Assembly (NCBI RefSeq): GCF_001194135.2
Contig: NC_068984.1
Coordinates: forward strand, 81,971,949-82,035,948
Direction of reading: 5' to 3'
DNA from: Octopus bimaculoides
Lineage: Eukaryota
DNA: 64,000 nucleotides
Shown: piece after piece, positions 41,301 through 53,300 of the stretch
How positions within the stretch are numbered: the first letter of the stretch is position 1
Layout of the letters: each line of letters starts with the position of its first letter
Program-made: the position numbers and the translations under genes
Notes under the pieces: generated by a model
Database searches by the model: none
Told to the model about the DNA's origin: nothing
What the model saw: only the letters and a program-made list of their open reading frames with translations

Positions 41301-44300
41301 TGTACATACATCAAGGTATATTTGTAGAAAATTTCACGAAAAAATATTAATTTTCCTGGAAGTTAAGAGGAATTTAAGTGGACTCTGTTGGAATTACCGA
41401 AAATTGTCCCCCACCCCCATTCCAAAACACTTTCACCGAAAATTTTTGTATATTCGGAATCTACATAATAAATAATATATGCATAGAAAATTTCATTAAA
41501 AAATATTCATTTTTCTGAAAGTTTTGACCTTCCAAAGTCGGGGGTACAACTCTGTAGTTATGCCGGGTGTGACACTTTTTCACACAGCTATCCTCATTCA
41601 TACGTAACTCATGATCATACCAGCGTAGTTGTCTCTCTTGCACACCACATCTGATGCTTCTTATGTTCAACTTTTCTCTCAGGTTGCTTACACTCTGTTG
41701 TGTATACATACTGACATTACGCATCCAGCAGAGCATACTACTTTCATACCTTGCAAGCTTATGCATGTCCTCAGCAGTCATGGCCTGTGTTTCACTGCCA
41801 TGTAGCATGGCTGTTCACACATGCATCATACAGTCTACCTTTTACTCTGAGCAAGAGGCCCTTTGTCACTAGCAGAGGTAGGAGCTCTCTGAACTTTGCC
41901 CAGGTTATTCTTATTCTAGCAGCTACACTCTCAGAACATCCACCCCCACTACTGACTTTGTCACATAGGTAACTTCTAGTTTTTTCCCCTCGCATGTGAT
42001 GGAAGCTGTTTTCTGCACATTTTCAGTGTTTATTGCCCCTGAGCATTTGCCACACACAAAAACTATCTTCTCAGTTAGCCTTCCTTTGATATTTCTGCAC
42101 CTCTTATGTGACCATAGCTTACACTGGGTACAATTTATGGAGTTACTACCTACACCTTTTCTACAGATCAAGCAAGGCCATATACCTGAAGGGATTTGTG
42201 ATTTGTCTGCCTTCCTACTTACTAAGACTTACTAAGTTTTTGCTAGATTGACTCTAAGGTCCTTCAATTCTAGACCTTGCCTCCACACCTGAAACTTCTC
42301 TAGTTCTGATAGTGACTCAGCTATTACAGCAAAGTCATCAACATAGAAAAGCTCCCAGGGGCATCCTGTCTTGAATTCTTCTGTTATTGTCTGGAGAACT
42401 ATGATGAATAAGAGGGGGGCTGAGGACTGATCCCTGGTGGACCCCCACCTCTACCCGGAATTCTTCACTATACTCGTTGCCAACCCTCACCTTACTGACA
42501 GCATCCCTGTACATGGCTTGTACAGTTCTCACTAACTACTTATCTATCCCTAGTTCCTGCATTGACCACCAGATAAGTGATCAAGGGACGCTGTCAAAAG
42601 CTTTTTCCATATCAACGAAAGCCATGTACAGAGGTTTATCTTTGGCTAAGTATTTCTCCTGCAGCTGTCTTACCAGAAATATAGCATCAGTGGTGCTTTT
42701 CCCTGGTACAAACCCAAACTGCATCTCATCTAGACTGACTCTCTCCTTAATTAGTTGGGCTATGACCCTCTCTGTGACCTTTATTACCTGATCCAACAAT
42801 TTGATACCTCTGTAATTATTCGTATCTAATGCATCACCTTTACCTTTGTAGCAATTGACTATGGTGTTGCTACACCAGTCATTGGGTATGACTCCTGTAT
42901 ATATATATAGAGAGAGAGAGAGAGACACACACACACACACACATATATATATGCTACAGGTATCTTAATTTTTCTCCCTACAATCATAGGTATCAATTAG
43001 AATTTTTCTAAACCTATTTTCAACTGTGAGATATTTTAGTTTCCATATGTCCCTTCTCTAAATTGTCTTCTGTTTTTGTGTCTGTCTGGCTCTGACATTT
43101 TTTCATTTTCCACTAATCTATGTTGTGGAGTGCATTCACTAGAAAATGTTTTAGTATTTACAATAATCTTTCTATCCTGATTCTTGATAAGAATCCTGTT
43201 TTCTTCTGCTCCTTCTCTCATGCTTTGACCCTTCATCTTCTAACATAAGCCCCTTTACTGTAGCCCCACTCAGTCGAAGGGATCTTAGACTTACAATCCA
43301 CATAGCAACTTCACCGGTACTAGTGCCATGAAAAAAACATATGCCCAGTACACACTGTAAAATGGTTGGCATTAGGAAGAAGATCCAACTGTAGACACCA
43401 TGCTAAAGCAGACATTGGAGCATGATACAGTCCTCAGATTTGTTGGAACACAAATGTTTGATGGTGATGATGGCAGTGGTAGTAGCGATGATAAATCTAC
43501 ATGTGTGTGTGTGTGTGATATGTGTATCAAAATGTTCATCAAACTCTCTAACAAATTAACTTACCAACTAACCAAATAATTCAGCATTTAACTTGCTAAT
43601 TAACTATAATTGGTTTTGTATGTTGTTCAGAAGAGAAGTCTTTCAGTGCTTGGTTAAAAAAAGAACGTGATATCTGGTACTTGATGTTATCTGAAGTGTG
43701 GGCAGCCAAGTTATATTCTAAAGATCACAAAGATGATACAGCAATTATATCTGGTGCAGAAACAGCCTGTGCACTCTTGGCAATATTCAGGTAATAAAAA
43801 GTAATTCTACTTTGTTTTCTGACTTTTGTGGGGTGGGGGATTGGAGTAAAACAGTTACATTTATTTATTGTTCTAATGGAAACTCTTCAATGATGTTGAC
43901 ACATTGTAACAAATGTAGTGTTTTCCTTATTTTTCAATTGTAAGATGCATGGGAAATTGGATATTTACATGATGAAATGACAATGCTGATAGTGATGATG
44001 GTGGCACCAGCACCACTGCTATCACTATCACCATTATCATTTCATCATTCAAAAATCCAATTTTCTATATGGCTTACTATTGAAAAATAAGGAAAACACC
44101 ACTTTGAAGAATTTCAATAGTAACAATGTGCATATTGTCTTGGGAAGTTCTTTAGAAATTTATCATTATCTCTTTAGTTTATTATTCTTATTTCTTTATT
44201 GCCCACAAGGGGCTAAACATAGAGGGGACAAACAAGGACAGACAAACGGATTAAGTCGATTACATCGACCCCAGTGCATAACTGGTACTTAATTTATCGA

Positions 44301-47300
44301 CCCCGAAAGGATGAAAGTCGACCTCGGCGGAATTTGAACTCAGAACGAATGTGTGTGTGTGTGTGTGTGTGTGCTGAGCGTCCTGCTGTACTCTGTCTCT
44401 GAATGCAGGGGGTCAACGTCTCATCAGGTGGTGAAGCAGCTGCAGCTGTGTAGGTGTCTTAGCCCCATTTTAGTGCTAACACCAGAGCTGCTTGGGGGCC
44501 ACCCATCAATGTAGACAACAAGACCCCCCCACACCAGATGTTGTGACTCTGGGCCAGATGTTTCTACTATCCTCAGTGCTTCTTCCTGATGCACCTCTTT
44601 CATCCTCTTTGTTGAGCCAGATCCAATGACTTGCTTTCTCATCAACATCTAACAATTTTCTGACATCTTTTCTCTCCATTACAGTGAATCAAAGACACGT
44701 GAAATTTGAGTAAACCCCAGCTCTAACAAATCCTCTCACTCCTGCCTCTACAGGAAAATATATTGCCTACCATCCATTGTTTTCAGATAGTTCAACCAAC
44801 TCACTGTATTTTCTGTCTTTTCTGTGTAACCTTTTTTTTTTTTTTTCAAACTCCACAGTTGTCAACATTCTCTAGCAGTGAGCAATGTTAACATTGACAA
44901 TGTGATACGTCAAATGTGTCATTTCTCTACACTCCATTCTCTTGGCCAACTAACCCTGCCTAGACCAACGAGAGAACTCTTGCAGAAGAAAATCAGCCCA
45001 TGTCAAGAAGAAGTTGGTCAGAATGTTTTGAGATTGTTATACCTGAGTAGAGGTAAATTTCTTCAACTCACTGAATTAGCCCATGAAATTTTAACACCTG
45101 AATTAGTATGATAGAAGCTTTAAGTCTATATCTAGTAATTTATGAAATACAACTCACAAGACTTTGAATTACCCAGAGTTATTGTGGAAGACACTTGCCC
45201 AAAATGCCCACTGTGAGATTGAACCCAAAACCACACAGTTGGGAAGGAAATCTCTTAATCGCACAGCCATGCCTGTGTGGTTAAGAAGTTGTGTGTGTAT
45301 GTGTGTGTGTGACTAAAACAAGTAAAAGATAATATATATATCATCATCATCATTTAACATCTGCTTTCTATGCTGGCATTAAATGATGATGGTGATGGTG
45401 ATATATATTATCTTTTATTTGTCTCAGTCACATACACATACACACACACACACACATGCACACACACACACACACACAGAGTTGTGAACTTCTTGTACAA
45501 TACATTTCTTTGTATTTTGGAAACCTTTCAGAATCAAGAGCCCAACTGTGGTGTTCACTAAGTGGTGGTACAGTGAGAGTTTTTGATGCAATTGTCTGGG
45601 AGCTAGAGAACACATTCATAAAAACCCTTGGTGACGTGGTAAGTATAAGAAAATGTATGTATGACATATTCATAACACACTAGCATGGGTTTTCTTCCCT
45701 GATATTTTTTTTTACTTGTTTCAGTCACTGGACTGCAGCCACACTGGAGCATTGTCTTGAAGGGTTTAGCTGATCAAATCAACCCTAGTACTATTGTTAA
45801 GTTTGGTGCTCATTGTATCAGTCTCTTATGCCAAACTTCTAAGTTACAGTGGCATAAACAAACCAACACCTAGTGAGGGGCAAACACAAATGCACACACA
45901 CACACACACAACACATACATGTGCACACATGCATGCATGCACACACTTGCATGGACACACACACAATGCACACACAGATATTTTGATGCAATAGGCTTCC
46001 ACACATTTTCTGCATACCAAATTCGCTCACAAAGTTTTGTGAGTGAATTTGGTAGGCAGAAAATGTGAGAAAACTTGCACCTGTAAAAACTAAGCTACTT
46101 GCACATACTAAAGAAGTTTATTCTACTTAGATAACTGCTCTTAGCAATGGCTGTAACTTTTGCTTCAGAACATGGTTTGTGCATGTGTGTGTGTGCATGT
46201 GCGTGTTTATACCACTTTGACTTGTATGATGTAATACTTGTAAATAAGACTTGAAGTGCTTTGTGTTGCAAGACAGTGTGTGAGAGAGAATCGTGATGTC
46301 ATAGAGAAATGTGTCCACATGGATGATGGGTTACCTACATTTAATGACACTGCAAAGAGAGAGTTTTGGAGACAGCACTATAAAAAGTTGCTAAATGAAG
46401 AGAATGAATAGGAAGAAGAGAGTCTGCCAAATGTCAACCCAACAGAGGGACCAGCTCTCCAAATCAACAGTACCTTGGTCGATAAATCAATTAAGGGTAT
46501 GAAGACAGGAAAAGCCCCCAGCCCATCAGAGATGCTTAAAATATCTGGTAGTGTAGGTTATAGTCTAGTCACCCATATAGTCAATCAGGTGATACATGAA
46601 GGAGTCATACCCAATGGCTGGTGTAGCAGCACCATAGTCAACTGCTACAAAAGTAAAGATGACACATTACACACAAATAATTACAGAGGTATCAAATTGT
46701 TGGATCAGGTGATGAAAGTCACAGAGAGGGTCATAGCCTAACTAATTAGGGAGAGAGTTAGTTTAGATGAAATGCAGTTTGGGAAAAGCACCACTGATGT
46801 TGTATGTTTGGTATATGAGAGCTGCAGGAGAAATACCTAGCCAAAGATAAACCTCTGTACATGGCTTTCGTTGACACAGAGAAAGCCTTTGACAGGGTCC
46901 CCCGTTCCCTTATCTGGTGGTCAATGTGGAAACTAGGGATAGATGAGCAGTTAGAGAGAGCTGTACAGCATGCACAGGGATGCTGTCAGTAAGGTGAAGG
47001 TTGGCAATGAGTATAGTGAAGAATTCTGGGTAGGGGTAAGACTCCACCAAGGATCAGTCCTCATCTCCCCCTCCTATTCATCATAGTCCTCCAGACAATA
47101 ACAGAAGAATTCAAGACAGAATGCCCCTGGGAGCTTCTCTATGCTGATGACCTTGCTCTGATAGCTGAGTTACTATCTGAACTAGGAAAGTTTCAGGTGT
47201 GGAAGCAAGGTCTAGAATTGAAGGGCCTTAGAGTCAATCTAGCAGAAACCAAAGTCTTAGTAAGTAGGAAGGCAGACAAATCACAAATCCCTTCAGGTAT

Positions 47301-50300
47301 ATGGCCCTGCTCGATCTGTAGAAAAGGCGTATGTAGAAACTCCATATGATGTTCCCAGTGTAAGCTATGGACACATAAGAGGTGCAGCAATATCAAAGGA
47401 CTAACTGAGAAGATAGTTTTTGTGCGTGGCAGATACACAGGGGCAATAGACATTGAAAATGTGCAGAAAACAGCTTCTGTCACATGCAAAGAGGGAAAAA
47501 CTAGAAGTTGTTAATAGCTTCCTTTACCTAGGTGATTGAGTCAGTAGCGGGGATGGATGCTGTGAGAGCATAGATGCTAGAATAAGAATAGCCTGGGCAA
47601 AGTTCAGAGAGCTCTTACCTCTGCTGGTGACAAAGGGTCTCTCAAACAGAGTAAAAGGTAGACTATGATGCATGTGTGCAAACAGCCATACTACACAGCA
47701 GTGAAACATGGGCTGTGACTGCTGAGGACATGTGCAAGCTTGCAAGAATTGAAACTAGTATACTCTGCTGGATGTGTAATGTCAGTGTACATACATGACA
47801 GAGTGTAAACGCCCTGAGATAAAAGTTGGACATAAGAAGCATCAGATGTGGTGTGCAAGAGAGATGACTGTGCTGGTATAGTGATGTGTTGCATATGGAT
47901 GAGGACAGCTGTGTGAAAAAGTGTCACACCCTAACAGTGGAGGGAACTTGTGGAAGAGATAAACCCAGGAAGACGTGGGATGAGGTGGTGAAGCATGACC
48001 TTTGAATGTTGGACCTCACAGAGGCATTGACGAGCGACTGAGACCTTTGGAGATATTATTATTATTATTATTAAATAATAATAATAGTAATAACAACAAC
48101 AATTATGATGACAGCAACAGCAGCAGTGTTGATGATGATTTCTTTAAGCTTTAGCTCAGGTCAACCCTGATAAAGCAGTCCTGTAATGAAAAGAACTCTA
48201 GGTGTAGCCATCAATGTTCTTTTGTTTTCTTAGATTACATTATTGAATAATCTATCCCTCTTTTTATAAGACAGCAGAAGATATGATTTTAAGATCTGGC
48301 AATAATTATTACAGTTGAATATATATAATTTAAATGTAAGGGATGTATTTGAATATATATGATTTATTTCCTTATACATCATCATTGTTATTATTTAAAA
48401 TACACCTTTCCATGCTTGCATGAGTCAGACAGAATTAATTGAAAAAGATTTTCTACAGATGGATGCCTATCCAGTCATCAGTCCTCACTTGTTTCCAAGA
48501 AAAGCAATATTTCTCTGGCTGGACATAAATTGTCAGTGACACTTGTTTACATACAATTTATATGATTTCCATATACTATATAAATATATGTAATTTCTTT
48601 AAGTATGCACAATTTAAATACATGATTTTCTCTATGGTTCTGAAACATTTCTTCAATATCTTCTAGATGTGTTTATACTCACCTGATAACAGAAATGTCT
48701 GGGCTGGAAGCTACAATATTTACATAATCTCATCAGAGAGTATCAAATGTGTCACCCAGTTACTAGAACACAATAGTAGAGTTGTTGCTATTATTGAAGC
48801 TGAAAAAAAAGGGTTAGTGTTGCTTTCTTGATTTAATCTCTTTAAGCTTGTTATTGCTGGTGGGATATTTTCATGTAAAAAAAAATTCTTATTAACCTGG
48901 AAGTCTGGATCAAATAATCCAATGTATCCTTTTCTTTTTTTAAGACAGTGGGATGTGATTTGTGACTAATTTGATTGCTATTTTTAGCAGGTCAAATGAC
49001 CACATTGAGGCTTCGTTGTTAGCTTGAGAAAGTGAGATGAGAGAGAATACTGTCAATAGTTATGACTTTCTATGAATTTATTATCCTATGTGATTTCAGA
49101 TTGGTGTTTACAGCCAGCTGGAATGGAATGATCTTCAAATGGGATGCTGAAAGTTTAAAAATAGAACACAGGATCTGTTTAAAGGATGTTGAATATCTGC
49201 ACGATATTCAGTTCTGTATCAATTTTCTCTGGTGTGGTAAGTAGAACAAAGATTCTTTTTTGTATACATATGTATATTCAAATACATATATATTTACTGT
49301 CCTGCTTCTTTCTGTGTCGTTTCTCGTAAAAAAAAAAAAAAAAGAGTCAAATTTTGTGATTCAGTACATTTATTCAGCTGTCAAGGAAGAGGATGTTATA
49401 TTAAATCTACTTTTACTGTGAACTCAGAAGAATCCTCCAAGTTCAAATATGTTGATTTGGATATTGAACAAATTGGTGATATTATATTTGTCAGCCAAGG
49501 CAGGTATGTGAAGGGTGATTTGAAGCCTATTCCTGTTCAAATTTCAAATACTGAAGAAAAAAAAACGAATAATGTAGAGGAGTCTGTAGTGTGGCAAGTT
49601 ATTGAATTGGATTGCCACTCAAATAAGATCAGATCCTAGCTGTGATATTAGTGAATTAAGCTCATTTATGAAGAAGGGGAAGACAAAGTGTATAAGACAA
49701 GCTAACAAAAGAAGTAGTGTTTGCAAATTTACATTCCAGATCTTTGGGATGGAATGATCTTCAAATGGGATGCTGAAAGTTTAAAAATAGAACACAGGAT
49801 TGAAGATGGTAGCCTACAGTGATGCACCTTTTGCCAGTCAAGATAGTTACATAATTTTTGTAGTTGAAAGTAATGGCAGCCACTTTCTGCTGTAGTAATC
49901 AAATAGAATTAGGAGAGTTGTCAAAAGCATGTAACCTGCAGAAACTCTGGCAAAGGTAGATTTAATGAAAGCTTGCATGTTGCATGAGATATTTGTTTGT
50001 GAGTTGTTACATATCAGTGTCTCATCAAGAATTCATAGTTTGAAAGACTAGCAATTCTGTGATGCATGATTCAAGCTGCTCAATCCATAAAGCTCCTGGA
50101 CAAAAGATTGAGAATTGAGATAGCCATTCTCAGAGTGATGTTAAATATGAAGCAAATCAGTGAGATCTTTTAAATTTTATAAGATTATCAAATGGTTGCT
50201 ATTTCAACTAAAAGAGATGTTTACTTCTATGTCTACCTCCTGATCATCTACCATAGCAGATATCACTATCTTCACATTCAACATTTGTTTTGGAGGTGAC

Positions 50301-53300
50301 CCTTTCCTCAAAGTATGCCATTGTTTCCTCAACCTGAATTTTCTCAGAACTATTTGCCATTGAACCATTGTCAACGTAAATTTCTTGAGTTCAGTAAATT
50401 TAAATATTAAATCAGTTACTGTTACTTTTACTTTCAATCATACAATTCAAATGCTTCTACTACTGGGTATATACATCAGGAATTCCATATTATTCATAGA
50501 GATTATATATAGAGAAATGAATGAAAGTGGAATTAACAACATTCTTTATTTAATATCACTACAATTGTTTTGATGCATTTTAACACCTGTATGTTAGGTG
50601 AGATGTTGTGCAATCATTTTCTTACATCCAAGATGTGGAATGCATCTCCTCAGGTGATATTCTCTCATCTTTTCACTCAATTTAATACTGTAGAACCAAA
50701 CTGAATATCTATTTACTTCTCACAATAGAGAGTAGTCACCATATTTCATTCCATAATTGCTACCTCTGAAGAGTGCAGGGTTACATAATCAGACTATTAT
50801 CTAACACTCTGTTGAACTCCTAATGTGAAGCCAATTGGTAAGATGGTCTGTAGTGGATATATAATTTTGTATACTGGCTGGCTGCCGACAAATTTTTCTG
50901 CTTTTAAAAAGAAAAAAGGATTTTATCCTTTATATCTATACTGTTCAGTATCTATGCGTGGAATAAAATTTATCTTTCTACTTGTTCTACCATACATTTC
51001 AGCACTTCGAAAAACAAACTTGTTTGTTTACATACGGCGTAGCCTATATGACATCTAGCATTCCTGGATGATTCTATAACTTCTTAAATTGCAGAAGAAT
51101 TTGGCAGTCAGGCAGTTTGGTTTAAATAGTAAAGCATTCTAACCAGATATTAGAGGGATGTGAGTTCGTTTCTCATAGCTGGCTGCTGACAAATTTTTCT
51201 GCTTTTAAAAAGAAAAAAAGAATTTTATCCTTTATATTTATACTATTCAGTATCTATGCGTTGAATAAAATTTATCTTTCTACTTGTTCTGTATATTTTA
51301 AATTGCTATTGATCAAAGTAATAATATAAATGTTATCATTTTTTTTCTTTTATTCTTCTTTTCTATATCCAGCTTGTGAAAATAAAACACTTATATTATC
51401 ATCTGAGGGTGTATTGTTGAAAGAAATTGACAAAATCTGCCTAGACTTACCTCAACGTGTTCCAGTTCAATGCTATAATCTTTTGACTGAAAATGATGAG
51501 GTAAAATATATTGATTTGTTTTGTTCTTGTGTTTTCTTTAGGATTTAAAAAATTTATTTTTGTTGTTGTTGTTGTTGTTTATTCTCAAAACCTTTGTTGA
51601 AATATCAGAAGAGTACCATAGGTATTATAGCTATCAGCATAATGGGATTTACATTTTTAAACACTGCATGTGAATATATCAATACAAAATGTATTTGTAT
51701 AATAGAGTAGAGAATGGAAAATATAAAATTTCCATGAATCTTATTGATGTCTTACAGAAATGGTTACTTTTATTCTCTTTCACATGAACACTCTCTGCAT
51801 TAGCATATGTCTCTTAGTTTAAAAAACATAAACATGAACTTTTGTTATTGTTTCTTTTAAAGATGTGGATCGGTTATTCATCCATTGGTGCAGTATATGT
51901 CTTGGACTCTGTCAAATTCACTCTGAAGGAGAAAATTATACTTAAACACAATGGTTGTAGTCGACGTGGTGTGACAACAATTGTTAAAGCTAAAGATATG
52001 GTAAGTTCTTGGAACTTATTATTTGGTAGATCATTAATTAATAAATTATTGGGGTTTTTTTTTAAGAATTTCAATAATATTTGAATTTAAAGAACTTCAT
52101 TAGAATCTTGTTAATAACTCTGATGAATGCCAGCATCAAATTCCTGATATTACTTCATTGAACGTATTACACTTATGATTGTTGTTGATATTTTTTATCC
52201 TCAAAATTAGCTCATATCAAGTAGAACTGTGACACACCAGCCTTCATCATTTATGTCTTTTATTCAGACACATTGTATCTAAAACATTATCCAATGACTC
52301 CAAAGAAAAGGCTGTTGTATGTGATTTGCAAAAGATTTGGCTGTCATTTCTAGCAGATCAAATGATTTAATGGAGGCTTAATCATTATGCTTACAAACAA
52401 TAATAGAGGAATGGCTGGTATTTTGGACACTCCTTCCTTCATGGTACTGTGTCTGGACCAAGAAGCCAGTGTTGTTACTTTATCAATTTCAATTGTTTAA
52501 ATGCTCTAAAAAGCTATGAATTATGGTTTATGATCTCACTTTCTTGAATTAACGAATAATAGTAAAAAATATAACCTAGAGAGAGAGTGAAAGAGACAAT
52601 GTGTTTAACTGGAATGCCTTACTCAAATACACTCTTTTAGCAGGAATCTGAGGGTGGGTATCATGTTCATATATATTATTTTACTGACTAAAAATTAAAT
52701 CAATTTAGATTTGATGAGTGGGAAGTGTGAAAAGTTCTATGTGTATATATTATACACATATATGCATGTGTGATAGTGTGTAGATACTTTCTGGTTGTTG
52801 TTGTTGGTGGTGGTGGTGGTGGTGGTGGTGGTGGTGGCAGTGATGACCACGTCTGTGCATAGTTTTGTTTAGCATGGAGAAGCTGTGCCACATGAGTTTT
52901 CTTGTGATTTTGACCATGGGATATCTTGGTTCAAGGGCAAGGAGTCCAAGATGATTGAAAGTAATAAGCTTTTTCAGCCATCATCTATCATCAATCCTTT
53001 AGTGTTTAAACCAGCCATATCCAGCTCAAATATGCCTTCTGTTTTATGTTCAACCTGGCAAGATTCAGCCATTTATGCCTACACTACAACATCATTTTAA
53101 AACTATTCAAACACACCATCGAAATTTCAAAGCTACAAGATAATGAATGATTAATTCAAAGCAATATGAAGAAATAAATATTACATTCAACAGAGTCATC
53201 TGAATGGTAAAGAGTTAAAGATGTTGCTATTTGTTGACCTTTGAACTTCACTGTAACCTGGACAAGAGACATTATTAGCACTTAGTCTGAGGTGTCTCTT

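Noticed and set aside
44685-44753. Candidate exon after a good polypyrimidine tract (ttacag)
   Set aside because: In-frame TGA in the required phase; 44859 continues the frame cleanly.
49400-50440. Protein-like ORFs (49418-49639 +, 50204-50437 -)
   Set aside because: No splice or phase fit to the gene and no motif I can assign; probably a highly decayed TE, needs BLASTx.
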